Source: Acidimicrobiia bacterium
GTDB taxonomy: Bacteria; Actinomycetota; Acidimicrobiia; IMCC26256; JBMOIJ01
Reading direction: 5' to 3'
Length of the DNA: 64,000 nucleotides
Assembly: GCA_049317385.1 (NCBI GenBank)
Contig: JBMOIJ010000002.1
Coordinates: 76,581-140,580, forward strand
Shown here piece by piece: positions 38,876-50,649 of the stretch; position 1 is the first letter of the stretch, and every line of letters begins with the position of its first letter. Below the pieces are notes generated by a model. That model searched no databases. It was given only the letters and a program-made list of their open reading frames with translations, and had not been told where the DNA came from. Position numbers and translations under genes: made by a program.

Positions 38876-38954
38876 TTCGATTCCCTTCGAGTCCCCGGAG
38901 CAGCCGCCCCATCATCCATGTCTGTCTCGATTCATCGGCGCGCGCAGCGCTGAA

Positions 38955-39779
38955 TCAAGAGGATCGAAGATCCACAAAGTGATCGATGGGCCCGGGTCCT
39001 CGCCCGAGCTTCCAGTCGCAGCTCCCGACCAGCCCGGCGTGGACGAATGCCTTGGCCGCAGCCACGGCTTCGAGCCCGGGCCGCCCCTGCCCCAGGCCCG
39101 TGGCGATGGCGGCGGACAAGCTGCAGCCGGTGCCGTGGGTGTTGGCCGTCGCTACCCGAGGCGCCCGGAGTTCGCCGTGCATCCCGGCGGAGTACACGAC
39201 GTCGACCGCCGACTTGGGGTCGCAGTGTCGCCCCCCGGTCACGATCACCGTGGACGGACCAAACGACGCCAGTTCCGCCGCCGCATTCCGCACGTCGTCG
39301 TCGCTCACCACCGCTCGCCCGAGGAGCCGGGCCGCTTCGGCGACGTTGGGTGTCAGCACGTGCGCGTGCGCCAGCACGCACTCGCGGTAGGCGGCTTCGA
39401 CCTCGGCGTCGAAGAGAGCGTCGCCTCGCGACGACACGAGCACCGGATCGACCACGAGGTTCGGCAAGTCGCCGCGCGCGGCACGCGCACCGACGCGCGC
39501 CACAATTTCCGCGCTTGCGAGCAACCCCGTTTTCACGGCCTGAACGTCGAAATCCTCGAGCACCGCGTCGAGTTGCGCGTCGAAGAACTCGATCGGTGGG
39601 GTGTGGCGCGCGCGTACTTCCGCAGTGTTCTGCGCGGTGAGCGCGCTCACCACCGACACCCCGTACCCACCGAGTGCTGCGATGGTCTTGAGGTCGGCCT
39701 GGAGTCCTGCGCCGGCGCCACTGTCGCTGCCGGCGATCGTCAGGATCACTGGCGGGGTCGTCACCGGCGGATTCATCAC
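38955..39779 (-). CDS. thiD: hydroxymethylpyrimidine/phosphomethylpyrimidine kinase
   Basis: Motifs are [21 protein letters not shown] and [12 protein letters not shown]. Confidence 0.9.
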   Translation of the reverse strand: MMNPPVTTPPVILTIAGSDSGAGAGLQADLKTIAALGGYGVSVVSALTAQNTAEVRARHTPPIEFFDAQLDAVLEDFDVQAVKTGLLASAEIVARVGARAARGDLPNLVVDPVLVSSRGDALFDAEVEAAYRECVLAHAHVLTPNVAEAARLLGRAVVSDDDVRNAAAELASFGPSTVIVTGGRHCDPKSAVDVVYSAGMHGELRAPRVATANTHGTGCSLSAAIATGLGQGRPGLEAVAAAKAFVHAGLVGSCDWKLGRGPGPIDHFVDLRSS

Positions 39780-39963
39780 TGCGGTTCATCGGCAGGCACC
39801 CGGGTGGGCCTCGAGGGGGAGTTCGCCGGACCAGATTTCCCCGCCTGCCGGGTCCCGCCCGCCCCCAGGGCCCCGACTTGGCCGGGCCGCCGGACCTGCA
39901 CGAAATCCGCACATCTCCAGCGAGACGGCTACCGGACGGGTTCCTTATCCTCAAGGGGTGTTC

Positions 39964-40671
39964 ATGTCGGTGTCGGCGCTTCCCCCAACGGTCCTGGTGG
40001 TTGAGGACGAGGCCACCATCGCCGACGCCGTCGCCGCCCGCCTGCGCTCCGAGGGCTTCTCGGTCGAGATCGCGGCCGACGGCCTGGTCGCCATCGATGC
40101 CGCAGCCCGCCTGCAGCCCGATCTGGTCGTCCTCGACCTGATGCTGCCCGGTCTCGATGGCCTCGAGGTCTGCCGGCGCATTCAGTCCGAGCGACCGGTG
40201 CCCGTCCTCATGCTCACCGCCCGCGACACCGAGGCCGACGTCCTCACCGGATTGACCGTCGGCGCCGACGACTACATGACCAAGCCGTTCTCGGCGCGCG
40301 AACTGGTCGCTCGGGTGAAGGCCATGTTGCGCCGGGTCAACCGCGCGGCCGAGCTGCTCGCCGCGTCGGGCACCCAGACCATCACCGCCGGTTCGGTCTC
40401 CATCGACGTGGCGCAACGGCGGGTGTACGACGGCGCCGTCGAGGTGCACCTCACGCCCACCGAGTTCGACTTGTTGGCGTTCCTCGCCAGCCGACCGGGC
40501 ACGGTGTGCACCCGCGAGCAGCTCCTGGCCCAGGTCTGGGGATACGACAGCGACGTCGGCGGTCGCACCGTCGACTCGCACGTGCGCGCGCTGCGCCGGA
40601 AGTTGGGCGACGAGATCGTCCGCACCGTGCACGGCATCGGATACAGCATGAACGAGGGCGACCCGTCATGA
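39964..40671 (+). CDS. OmpR-family response regulator
   Basis: The receiver motifs are [21 protein letters not shown] and KPF. The winged-helix output contains [12 protein letters not shown] and [16 protein letters not shown] at 39964. Confidence 0.9.
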   Translation: MSVSALPPTVLVVEDEATIADAVAARLRSEGFSVEIAADGLVAIDAAARLQPDLVVLDLMLPGLDGLEVCRRIQSERPVPVLMLTARDTEADVLTGLTVGADDYMTKPFSARELVARVKAMLRRVNRAAELLAASGTQTITAGSVSIDVAQRRVYDGAVEVHLTPTEFDLLAFLASRPGTVCTREQLLAQVWGYDSDVGGRTVDSHVRALRRKLGDEIVRTVHGIGYSMNEGDPS

Positions 40672-41750
40672 ACGACCGTATCCAGCGGGTGCGCAAGAAC
40701 TTCGACGACGTGCATCCGCTCGAACCGCTCCCCACACTGAAGCTCAAGATCGGCGTCATGGTCCTGGGTGCCGTGGGCGTCACCGTGTTCGTGTTCTGGC
40801 TTGGGCTGCGCGTCCAGTTGTGGCCCAGCGTTGCGGGCGTCATTGCGGCGGTGGTCGCGCTGCTCTTCGTACGGATCTTGGCCCGTGGCCTCACCACGCC
40901 GTTGCGCGAGATCACCGAAGCGGCCGACGCCATGGCCCACGGCCACTACGACCTGCGGGTCACCGTGCGCGGCCGCGGCGAGATGGCCCAGCTCGCAGTC
41001 GCGTTCAACCGCATGGCAGCGGAACTCGCCGAGACGGATCGGGTGCGCCGCGACCTCGTGGCGAACGTGAGTCACGAACTGCGCACGCCCATCACCGCCT
41101 TGCAGGCAAAGCTCGAGAACCTTGTCGACGGCGTCGAGCCGCCCGACCGCGACACCTTCGCCGTGATGCTCGCCCAGGTGGAGCGCCTCGGCCGGCTCGT
41201 GCACCAACTCCTCGACCTGTCACGTTTGGAAAGCGGCGTCGTGCCGCTGGAGCGTTCCCACTTCGAGATCGAACCGCTGCTCGAACACGCGGCAAAGGAA
41301 ACCCAGCTGCACGCGCCTGACGTGTCCGTGGCCGTCACGGTCGAACCCCACAACCTGGCCGCTGACGCCGACGCCGAGCGCGTGCATCAGGTCGTCGCCA
41401 ATCTGCTCGAGAACGCGGTGCGCTTCACGCCCGAGGGCGGCACGGTCGAAGTCAAAGCCACCCGGTCACGCCACGGCGTCACCATCGAGGTGTGCGACGA
41501 GGGCCCCGGCATCCCCGATGCCGACCTCGACAAGGTGTTCGAACGGTTCTACCGGGCCGACTCGGCCCGGAGTTCGAGCGGCGGTGGGGCCGGGCTCGGC
41601 CTGGCCATCGCCCGCTGGATCGTCGACCTCCACGGCGGCGAAATCCGGGCGGGGCGACGGGAACCGCATGGATGTCGGATGATTGTTGACCTTCCCGACG
41701 GCTCACCCGAGTCGCCGGGCGTGCCGGCCGAACTTGCGCCGTCACACTGA
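40668..41750 (+). CDS. sensor histidine kinase (TM-HAMP-HisKA-HATPase)
   Basis: The ATG at 40668 overlaps the regulator stop (ATGA). The H-box is [12 protein letters not shown]. The N and G boxes are [17 protein letters not shown] and GGAGLGLAI. Confidence 0.9.
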   Translation: MNDRIQRVRKNFDDVHPLEPLPTLKLKIGVMVLGAVGVTVFVFWLGLRVQLWPSVAGVIAAVVALLFVRILARGLTTPLREITEAADAMAHGHYDLRVTVRGRGEMAQLAVAFNRMAAELAETDRVRRDLVANVSHELRTPITALQAKLENLVDGVEPPDRDTFAVMLAQVERLGRLVHQLLDLSRLESGVVPLERSHFEIEPLLEHAAKETQLHAPDVSVAVTVEPHNLAADADAERVHQVVANLLENAVRFTPEGGTVEVKATRSRHGVTIEVCDEGPGIPDADLDKVFERFYRADSARSSSGGGAGLGLAIARWIVDLHGGEIRAGRREPHGCRMIVDLPDGSPESPGVPAELAPSH

Positions 41751-41769
41751 GCAAGCCAAGGAGTTACTG

Positions 41770-42405
41770 ATGTTCGCCAGCGTCGAAGAAGCCCTCAAGC
41801 GGATCCGCCGAGGGGAAATGGTGCTCGTCACCGACGACGAGGACCGTGAGAACGAGGGTGACCTCATCATGGCGGCCGCGTGGGTCACGCCCGAAGCCAT
41901 CAACTTCATGTTGCGCTGGGCGCGCGGTCTGGTGACCATGCCCGCGCACGCCGACTACCTGGATCGCCTGAACATCCACCCGATGTTGCCGGCCGGCCAA
42001 GAAACCGTCGACACGCCCTTCGCCATTCCGATCGACCACGCCCAAGGTGGCAGCGGCATCAGCGCGCAAGACCGCGCGCTCACGATTCGTTCGGTGCTCG
42101 ACCCCGATGCAGTGGCCACCGACTTCGTGCGCCCGGGCCACGTGTTCCCGCTGCGCGCCAAGCCGGGCGGCGTGCTCGAGCGTCGTGGTCACACCGAGGC
42201 GGCGGTCGACTTGGTGCGTCTGGCCGGGTTGCCGCCGGTGGCCGTCGACTGTGAGGTGCTGCACGACGACGGCTCCCCCGCGCGTCTGCCCTACCTGCAG
42301 ATGTTCTGCGAAGAGCACCGCATTGCGATGTGCACCATCGAGCAGCTCTGCAAGTACCGCGAGGAGAACTCGCTCGACGACGCGGAAGTCACCCTCGTTC
42401 TGTAG
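41770..42405 (+). CDS. ribB: 3,4-dihydroxy-2-butanone-4-phosphate synthase (stand-alone, no GTP cyclohydrolase II domain)
   Basis: The motif is VLVTDDEDRENEGDLIMAA. The ATG at 41770 is preceded by AAGGAG. The protein is 211 aa. Confidence 0.85.
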   Translation: MFASVEEALKRIRRGEMVLVTDDEDRENEGDLIMAAAWVTPEAINFMLRWARGLVTMPAHADYLDRLNIHPMLPAGQETVDTPFAIPIDHAQGGSGISAQDRALTIRSVLDPDAVATDFVRPGHVFPLRAKPGGVLERRGHTEAAVDLVRLAGLPPVAVDCEVLHDDGSPARLPYLQMFCEEHRIAMCTIEQLCKYREENSLDDAEVTLVL

Positions 42406-43048
42406 TCCTCGTTGCACTGAGGATTGCCATCACGTCATCGTCCGTGGTGGGTGAGAAGTCGTCGTACCACTCACCCACCGCGTACATGTGTGACGGCGCG
42501 AGCACGCTGATCACCTCGTCGTAGTCGGCTTGCAACGCGTTCAGCGCCGGCGGCGAACCCACGGGTACCGCCAGGATCACACGTGTCGCGCCGTGGTGAC
42601 GCGCCACCTGCGCACCCGCGCGCGCGGTCCCTCCAGTGGCCACCCCGTCGTCGACCACCACCACGTCGTGGCCGGCCAGCGGCACGAACAGATGGTCGGC
42701 CCGGTACCGCGCCACGCGTTCGTCGAGCCGTTCGCGTTCGGCGAACTCGACGGCTGCGATCTGGGATTCGCTCATGCGCAGGTCGGCGGTCATATGCCGA
42801 TCGACGACCGTCACGTCGTCTTCACCGATGGCCCCGAACCCGAGTTCTTCGTGGCCCGGCACGCCGAGCTTGCGCACGACCAACACGTCGAGCGGCGCGC
42901 CCAACGCGCGGGCAACTTCGGCGGCCACCGGAACGCCACCGCGAGGAAGACCAACCACGATGGGATCGTCGAGCGGATACGAGCGGAGCTTGGCCGCCAG
43001 CTGGCGGCCGGCATCGACCCGGTCTCGGAACTCCACGCCCATGACCAT
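42389..43048 (-). CDS. phosphoribosyltransferase family protein
   Basis: The PRPP-binding loop is VVVVDDGVATGGTA. ATG at 43048 (MVMGVEFRD). Confidence 0.7.
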   Translation of the reverse strand: MVMGVEFRDRVDAGRQLAAKLRSYPLDDPIVVGLPRGGVPVAAEVARALGAPLDVLVVRKLGVPGHEELGFGAIGEDDVTVVDRHMTADLRMSESQIAAVEFAERERLDERVARYRADHLFVPLAGHDVVVVDDGVATGGTARAGAQVARHHGATRVILAVPVGSPPALNALQADYDEVISVLAPSHMYAVGEWYDDFSPTTDDDVMAILSATRTTERG

Positions 43049-43059
43049 GGCGTGCCCTA

Positions 43060-43707
43060 TCAGCGCAGCAGCGAAACCACCAGTCCGAGTTGTGCCACGT
43101 GGTACGTGGCCATGATCGCGACCTGCACGCTGTTGCGGCCTTCGTCGCCACGCACGAACTTGCTCCAACCAATCAAGTAGTCGGACACGAAGAAGAAGCT
43201 CGCCCCGATGATTGCCCACGCAAGTCCGGTCGAGATCGCGAACGCAACCATCACCGAGATGGCGGTCATGTACATGAGGACCGGGGCGAGCAACGCCCGC
43301 TCACTCCCACTGCGGATTCCGTTGATCAACGGAACCGCCGCCACTGTGCCAAGCATGATCACGATGGCGAGGCACCACCCGATGGGCCACTCGCGCGGCG
43401 CGTCGACCGCAAAGCCCACGATGTAGAGCACATGCGCCACAAGGAAGCTGGCCAACCCGGCGACGAACTGGCGGGTCGGCAACATCAAGAAGACGTCGCC
43501 AGCGAGCGAACAGGCGAGCGCGGCCACGAACCACCAGCGACGCGCCGGATCGGCGGTCTCGCACAATGCCGCCACGATCAGCAGGAACGCCGTGGCGGCG
43601 GGCTTGGCCACGAACTCGAGGCGCTGGTTTCCCAACGCAACGGCGTTCCAGTCGGTGATCGCAGCAATGAAGAAGGCGAGGAAGCAGAGGGCGGCGGCAG
43701 TCGTCAT
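43060..43707 (-). CDS. YhhN/lysoplasmalogenase-family membrane protein
   Basis: It has about seven TM helices, a VSDYLIGW motif, and the typical ~215 aa length. Confidence 0.6.
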   Translation of the reverse strand: MTTAAALCFLAFFIAAITDWNAVALGNQRLEFVAKPAATAFLLIVAALCETADPARRWWFVAALACSLAGDVFLMLPTRQFVAGLASFLVAHVLYIVGFAVDAPREWPIGWCLAIVIMLGTVAAVPLINGIRSGSERALLAPVLMYMTAISVMVAFAISTGLAWAIIGASFFFVSDYLIGWSKFVRGDEGRNSVQVAIMATYHVAQLGLVVSLLR

Positions 43708-43754
43708 GAGCGCCGATTCTGCCGTCGCCGGCCGCCCCGGCGTATGGTCTTGGC

Positions 43755-44210
43755 GTGGTTGCCATTGTGATCGCCGGGGCCGGCGGCCCCCACGAGTGCG
43801 CCGACCCCTTGGCGGCGTTCGGCTGGTCGGTCTTCACCGCCGACGCCTCCATCGAGTCGGTCCTGCAGGTCCGCCGGGCCGCCCACAGCACCGACCCGCG
43901 TGTCGTCGCGGTCTGCAGCGGCGCGGCCGCGCCGTTGGGCGCGGCCCTCGCCGTGGAAGGCACGCTCGATGCCGTCATCAGCGTTGGTCCTGCCGGCGAA
44001 CTTGCCGGCGAACTGCTCGATGAGTTGCGCTCGCCCTGGCTGATCCTCGGCCGCGAGGACGACGTCGAGGTGCTCGAACCGTTGGCCCTCGCCCTCGAGA
44101 AGGCCGGTTCGCCCAGCTCGGTGGTGCGCTATCGGGCCGAGACGGTGACGCTCGCCGAACCCGACGCCCGGGCCCGCGCCGTGACCTGGATCGAACACTG
44201 GGCCAGTTGA
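43755..44210 (+). CDS. hypothetical protein (small alpha/beta-like)
   Basis: The ORF has GC3-rich codon usage and no motif I can assign. Confidence 0.4.
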   Translation: MVAIVIAGAGGPHECADPLAAFGWSVFTADASIESVLQVRRAAHSTDPRVVAVCSGAAAPLGAALAVEGTLDAVISVGPAGELAGELLDELRSPWLILGREDDVEVLEPLALALEKAGSPSSVVRYRAETVTLAEPDARARAVTWIEHWAS

Positions 44211-44291
44211 GCCCCGGGACGAGCGCCACGCCACCTCCGGAGCGCGCGTCCGTTTTGACCGTTCTCGGCAGGTTGTCCTACCGTCGAACCC

Positions 44292-45473
44292 ATGGCAGGC
44301 GCGGAGCACGGACAGTTCTTGATCGCGGACTGGGCGGTCAACGCCGCCATCCTCGACGCTGACGCCCACGGACAGAGTGTCGGAGCAGCGTTCTTGGCCA
44401 CCGCGACGGGCGGCCGCGCTGGATCGAGCGACGCCCCCTTCCCCGCGGCCGAGCTTTGGGCCCTCGACCCCAACGTCGACGTCTTCGAAATTGCGCACGC
44501 GGAACCCCCGGCAGCACTGGATGAAGCGAGCCGCGCCTGGCTGGTGGCGCGCCACCACCTCCGCCTCTTCCCTGCACTTGACCCCGAGGCCCTCGCGTCG
44601 ACGGTCGAGCATCGCCGCGCCGTGATGACGGTGGCCCACCACTCGTATCGGGTGCAGCTCGCCTCAACCCTGCGCCGCGCCGACGCCTACCTCGACTACG
44701 TCAAGCAGCGCCCCTGGCGCGTCGCCCGGCGACTCGAGCGCGCCGGTGTGCTCCCTGCGCGCGACCAGGAACTGCGCGCGCTCGGCATCAACGTTCCGGC
44801 GGATCCGCACGCAGTGCGACCCGTCATCGATGCCGCCCACCAACGACTGCAGGCGCGACTGGAACAGCCCACGCTGCTCGGCGGCGATTTCGTGGCGCGC
44901 GTGCTGCGCGACGCGGACACGCTCAACCAATTCAATGCGGTTGCGGGCATGCTCAGTCTGTACACGCTTCGGCTGGCCCAGCAAGCAGTCACCGACATTG
45001 CGGAATCGCAGCGATTCGCCGAGAACGCAATCACGTTGCATACCGCGATTGCGAAGAACAACGTCACGCGTGAGCGGCTCATGGACCAATCCACGCAGTT
45101 GGTCGAACAGATGATCCGGGCCGCGGTGCCCGGGCACCGGCTCGCCGACGATCTGGGCGTGCGTGCGCTCATCGGCGAGCGCCCCGGAGTCGACGACCCC
45201 GTTTCCCAGGCCGACGGGTGGGATCGATCGGCTCGCCTCCTCATGGCGATGGTCCAAGGCGGCGTACTCGACAACCTGCACCACGAACTCGACCCGAACT
45301 GGCCGGACTTCACCCTCATCGTCAATGCCGTCGAATTCGCGCGTGGCCTCGTGGGTCGCATGCTGCCGACCGATGACCGGCCCCGCACGGAACTGAGTCA
45401 GCAGCTCGACGGCATTCGTGCACGACGAGCGGAACGCCCGGCGCAGCGCTTGTGGTCGCTCGGAGATCGATGA
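44292..45473 (+). CDS. hypothetical helical protein, paralog A of a tandem pair
   Basis: Its C-terminal region (ALIGERPGVDDPVSQADGWDRSARLLMAMVQGGVLDNLHHELDPNW) aligns by eye with the next gene. Confidence 0.55.
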   Translation: MAGAEHGQFLIADWAVNAAILDADAHGQSVGAAFLATATGGRAGSSDAPFPAAELWALDPNVDVFEIAHAEPPAALDEASRAWLVARHHLRLFPALDPEALASTVEHRRAVMTVAHHSYRVQLASTLRRADAYLDYVKQRPWRVARRLERAGVLPARDQELRALGINVPADPHAVRPVIDAAHQRLQARLEQPTLLGGDFVARVLRDADTLNQFNAVAGMLSLYTLRLAQQAVTDIAESQRFAENAITLHTAIAKNNVTRERLMDQSTQLVEQMIRAAVPGHRLADDLGVRALIGERPGVDDPVSQADGWDRSARLLMAMVQGGVLDNLHHELDPNWPDFTLIVNAVEFARGLVGRMLPTDDRPRTELSQQLDGIRARRAERPAQRLWSLGDR

Positions 45474-46591
45474 GCGAACCCCCCTCCGTCACGCTCCTCA
45501 CATGGAGCGGCGCGTTGGGATCCGCCATGGCGTTCGCTCGCTCCAACGGCGCGCTCGCCGCCCGGGCGGCGCAATACATCGCCAACACCGGCGAGGATCC
45601 CGAGCGCGGTCCGGCCCCGCCCTGGCGGGTGCCCGATCGGCTTCTCCACCGGATCGCACTCCCCGGCCTGGCCGAAGACCTTCCCGGGGCGCTCGGCGAG
45701 TGGCTCGACACGGCGAACGCGCTGCGACTCCACCCACGGGTCGACATTGCGGCCGAGCACGCGGCGCCAATTGCCGCATCACTCGACACCAACACCCGTC
45801 GGTACCGCATGGCCCTCGCCCAGAACCAGCGACGAGCAGAGAAACTGCGCGAGCTCCTCGAAGAGCAAGACCCGGCACTGGTACGCGCCGCCCGCCGCAT
45901 CGGTCTTTCCGTGACGCGGGACCAGGCCGACGATCGAGTGCAGCTCCGCGCCGCCGAGCTGTATCTCGCTACCCGCGCCGAGGCAGAACCATTCGCTCCG
46001 CCCAGCTTCGACGAGATCCGTGCCGATGCCCGCATGATGCACTCCCTCGCGGGGAGTTCACAGTTCCACCGGTGGGCCTACGAGTACAGCGACTCGGTCG
46101 CCGCTATCACCACCGCGCTCGAGCAACGTGCAGCAGTTGCCCCGCTCCAAGCCGCCATTGACGCGCACAACATCGCTTGGGACGCGCTGGCTCGCGCCAA
46201 CGAGAAACACCTTGAGCGAATTGCGGCCAGCGTCGAACTCCCGGCGTCGCCAGAGTTCCTCTGGGATGTGCAGGCCTTGATCGGCCCACCCAATCAAACC
46301 TGGGAGCACGACCCCGACGCTGGGAACCGCTGGGACCGCGCCGCGCGGTTCCTGTACGCGCTGCAGTACAGCGGCGTGGTCGCCAACTTGCGCGACCACA
46401 TCGAACCGAACTTCGCCGGCGCCGAACGCGTGCAGCAGTTCGTGACCGGCGCAATGAGCATTGCTGCTCCGTTCAGGCGCCCGGCGAGTGGACCCGCCAC
46501 CGAGTTGTCACTGCAGCTGCAGGAACTCGCGCTCACATCCCTTCAGGGTGCGAGCCGCTCCAAGTTCCAACCCGGGCCGGAACTGCTGTAG
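45470..46591 (+). CDS. hypothetical helical protein, paralog B of a tandem pair
   Basis: The ATG at 45470 overlaps the upstream stop (ATGA). ALIGPPNQTWEHDPDAGNRWDRAARFLYALQYSGVVANLRDHIEPNF aligns with paralog A. Confidence 0.55.
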   Translation: MSEPPSVTLLTWSGALGSAMAFARSNGALAARAAQYIANTGEDPERGPAPPWRVPDRLLHRIALPGLAEDLPGALGEWLDTANALRLHPRVDIAAEHAAPIAASLDTNTRRYRMALAQNQRRAEKLRELLEEQDPALVRAARRIGLSVTRDQADDRVQLRAAELYLATRAEAEPFAPPSFDEIRADARMMHSLAGSSQFHRWAYEYSDSVAAITTALEQRAAVAPLQAAIDAHNIAWDALARANEKHLERIAASVELPASPEFLWDVQALIGPPNQTWEHDPDAGNRWDRAARFLYALQYSGVVANLRDHIEPNFAGAERVQQFVTGAMSIAAPFRRPASGPATELSLQLQELALTSLQGASRSKFQPGPELL

Positions 46592-47187
46592 CGCACGCGG
46601 TCGTGCAAACGACCGGCGCGGCCTTGCCAGAACTCCACCTCGTCCGGTGCCACCAGATACCCGTTCCAGAACGGCGGCTTGGGTGGGTCGTCACCGAGCC
46701 GCGCGGCCGCCGCCTTCACCAGCGCGTCGAGCGCCGCACGGTCTGCGATCACTTCGCTCTGCGGTGACGCCCAGGCACCGATGCGGCTCTCGAGCGGTCG
46801 CTTGCGGTAGTACCGCTCGGCTTCCTCCTGCGGCACGTTCGTCACCGAGCCAACCACCCGCACCTGCCGTTCGAGCTCGCGCCAGTAGATCGTAATGGCC
46901 GCGCGCGGATTGGCTGCGATCTCACCCGCTTTTCGACTCGTGTCGTTCGTGTAGAAGGCGAAGCCGCGGTCGTCGTACCCGCGCAACACCACGAAGCGCA
47001 CCGACGGCACGCCCTCGGGAGTGGCGGTGGCCACCGCCATGGCGTCGGGCTCGTTCACCCCGCTGTCGAGTGCTTCTTGGAACCACTGCGCGAACTGTCG
47101 CATCGGGTTGGGATCGACATCGGCAACGTCGAGCGACGACTGCTGATAGTGCGTACGGATCTCGGAGAAGTCGAAGTCGTCGGTCAC
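46543..47187 (-). CDS. pdxH: pyridoxamine 5'-phosphate oxidase
   Basis: Motifs are RFVVLRGYDDRGFAFYTN, EFWQGR and a C-terminal LERLAP. The GTG at 47187 overlaps the upstream stop (GTGA). Confidence 0.9.
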   Translation of the reverse strand: MTDDFDFSEIRTHYQQSSLDVADVDPNPMRQFAQWFQEALDSGVNEPDAMAVATATPEGVPSVRFVVLRGYDDRGFAFYTNDTSRKAGEIAANPRAAITIYWRELERQVRVVGSVTNVPQEEAERYYRKRPLESRIGAWASPQSEVIADRAALDALVKAAAARLGDDPPKPPFWNGYLVAPDEVEFWQGRAGRLHDRVRYSSSGPGWNLERLAP

Positions 47188-47693
47188 TCGGTGTCTCCGA
47201 TCCGGGTGGGGTTGGCGGATGACGGCGGGAGTTGCGCCAACACCCGCAGGAAACGAGCCCGGTTGTACCGCTGGGCCGCAACGCAGGGCACATTGGCCAG
47301 CACGGCGTACGCCACCATGACGAGCCCCAACCACCACGGGTTCCAAAGAAAGAAGAACGGCGCGACAGCCATCACGAGGTAGTGCGTGAATTCGGCGCGG
47401 CGGGTCTCGATGACGAACCGCTCCATGTAGTTGCGGTCGCGGCTGCGCAGGTGCCGCTTGTGGAAGCCGTCGTTGAACACGTCGCCGGCTTCGGGCAGGA
47501 ACCGCTTCCACTTCTTGATAGCGGTGTGCCGCACGTAGAACGAGCCGTCACGTTCGGAGCCGCGTAGCCGGAACACCCACGAGTCGTGGTCCAACCAGCG
47601 GGCCGGGACCCGATGCCCGATGTAGCCCGCCAGCGTGCTCCACACTCCCCACACCACGACATCGATGACGACGATCACGAGCAAGCGGGTCAC
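47184..47693 (-). CDS. glycosyl-4,4'-diaponeurosporenoate acyltransferase-like (CrtO-family) membrane protein
   Basis: Motifs are KKWKRFLPEAG, ETRRAEFTHY and AQRYNRARF. The GTG at 47693 overlaps the glycosyltransferase stop (GTGA). Confidence 0.6.
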   Translation of the reverse strand: MTRLLVIVVIDVVVWGVWSTLAGYIGHRVPARWLDHDSWVFRLRGSERDGSFYVRHTAIKKWKRFLPEAGDVFNDGFHKRHLRSRDRNYMERFVIETRRAEFTHYLVMAVAPFFFLWNPWWLGLVMVAYAVLANVPCVAAQRYNRARFLRVLAQLPPSSANPTRIGDTE

Positions 47694-48808
47694 GACGGGG
47701 ACCTTGCGTTCCGCGTCGAGATGGCGCGCCCCTTCCATTGCACTTCACGGCGTACGAGCGTGTTGATGCTCGACCACACGAACACGAGCAGGAACGCGAA
47801 TACGAAGACAGGGAACAGCAGTGCGGTTCCGGCACCGAACGTGCCGACCTGGCGCAACATGAAGAACAGCTGCAACGCGAATGCGCCGTACGCGGCTGCG
47901 TAGAACCATCCGGGTGCGGCACCGTCCGCCACCGCCTGCACGATGGCAACCACCGCTCCGATCGACAGCGATACGCATGCCGTCACCCATGCGAACACGA
48001 ACACGAAACGCACGGGCGGTGTGGTGCCGGCCCCACTGGCGAAGTTCTTGCCCCAGCCCTCCACCATCTGGCGCACCCCCATCGGGTACATACGGAACGC
48101 AATCGACTTGCGGCCCGTCGTGGTGTCGACCGGCAGTCCGGCGGACGCATACGCGTTGGCGAGCGCCACGTCTTCGAGCACCGACGCCCGGGCCGCTTCG
48201 TGACCGCCCGCCTGTTCATAGTCGGCCGCGCTGGTGGCCAGGCACGCGCCGAAGGCACCCGTGCGCTTGGCGCGGGGATTGATGGAACCGAGTCCCGTGG
48301 CCATCACCGCGATGAGGTTGAAGAACGCGCTGAGCTTCTCCACCACGCGGCCCGTGCGGTGGTACGGCTGCACGCTGATGAGGCCGCCGCACTGCTCCTG
48401 TCGCGCCACCAACCACTCCAACAGCTGTGGTTCGGGTTCGGTGTCCGCGTCGAGAAACACCAGCACGTCACCGGTGGCGCGTTCGGCGCCCTGCGCGCAT
48501 GCCCACGCCTTCCCGGTCCATCCGACCGGAAGTGGCGCGCCGGCGATCACCGTCACTCCGAATTCTTGCGCACATGCAGCCGTGCCGTCGCTGGAGTGAT
48601 CGTCGACGACGATCAACTCGTGGGGCGGACAGGTCTGGGCCTGCAGGCGACCGAGGAGTTCGGGCAGGACCAAGGCTTCGTTGCGCGCCGGCACGATGAC
48701 CGACACGGCGCGTTCCTGTTGGGGGGTGCCCGCGACGAGCCGCACGACGCGCCAGCACAACGCGAAGCCGATGCACCACTGCACGACGACCACGGCCTGT
48801 GTCCACAC
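47690..48808 (-). CDS. family 2 glycosyltransferase (CrtQ-like), membrane-associated
   Basis: Motifs are VSVIVPARNE, LIVVDDHSSDGT and FLDADT. C-terminal TM helices are present. Confidence 0.75.
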   Translation of the reverse strand: MWTQAVVVVQWCIGFALCWRVVRLVAGTPQQERAVSVIVPARNEALVLPELLGRLQAQTCPPHELIVVDDHSSDGTAACAQEFGVTVIAGAPLPVGWTGKAWACAQGAERATGDVLVFLDADTEPEPQLLEWLVARQEQCGGLISVQPYHRTGRVVEKLSAFFNLIAVMATGLGSINPRAKRTGAFGACLATSAADYEQAGGHEAARASVLEDVALANAYASAGLPVDTTTGRKSIAFRMYPMGVRQMVEGWGKNFASGAGTTPPVRFVFVFAWVTACVSLSIGAVVAIVQAVADGAAPGWFYAAAYGAFALQLFFMLRQVGTFGAGTALLFPVFVFAFLLVFVWSSINTLVRREVQWKGRAISTRNARSPS

Positions 48809-48855
48809 GGCGCCCAGGATACGGATCGGTTCCCGCCCCGAGTACGTTCCCGGCC

Positions 48856-50097
<1,242 letters not shown>

Positions 50098-50165
50098 TTG
50101 CTGGGTGATCCTGGTTGTGGAAGGAACGGACTGCGAATATGGCGAACTGGGCGTAATCTGCGCAT

Positions 50166-50603
50166 ATGAAACAGGTCGACCCGGATGCGCGGAAGGCGGA
50201 TGCGTTGCTCCGCCACCAACGACGTGACTACGCCACGGCGAACGTGGCCTTCCGAGACGCCATGGCGGGCTACTTCGCCACCGGCCGCCTCGGCGACGCC
50301 TGCACGCTCGCCGACGACATGATCACCATCTACGAACGCCAGCTCGACTACCGGGCCGCCTACGAGCAGGAACGCCGCGCCTGGAAGCTGCGCGACGGCG
50401 TCGACGCCCTCGAAGACGCAGCGCAAGCGGACGCAGTCGGCGACTCCGAACTCGTCATCGTCGAACTCCAGCGCGCGCACGCGTTCTTCTTGGAGAGTGG
50501 ATACGCCGACGCGTGGGCCATCACTGAAGCCGCGCTCACTGAACTCGGGGCACCGCTGATCAACCTGACGGTGGTCGAGGACACCGAGGCCGCCACCGCC
50601 TGA
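50166..50603 (+). CDS. hypothetical protein
   Basis: 145-aa acidic helical ORF with no recognisable motif. Confidence 0.4.
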   Translation: MKQVDPDARKADALLRHQRRDYATANVAFRDAMAGYFATGRLGDACTLADDMITIYERQLDYRAAYEQERRAWKLRDGVDALEDAAQADAVGDSELVIVELQRAHAFFLESGYADAWAITEAALTELGAPLINLTVVEDTEAATA

Positions 50604-50649
50604 ATGCAACCGCCGGCGCGCAACGCGTGCCGCGTGGACGCGTCACCAG

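Noticed and set aside
39780-39963. A possible TPP riboswitch upstream of thiD on the minus strand. GC-rich paired segments include GCAGGTCCGGCGGCCCGGCCAAGTCGGGG.
   Set aside because: The conserved TPP-aptamer elements (CUGAGA and ACCUGAUCYGG...CCGGCG.AGGGA) are not recognisably present. The resemblance is limited to generic GC-rich stems. A covariance-model scan (Rfam RF00059) would settle it.
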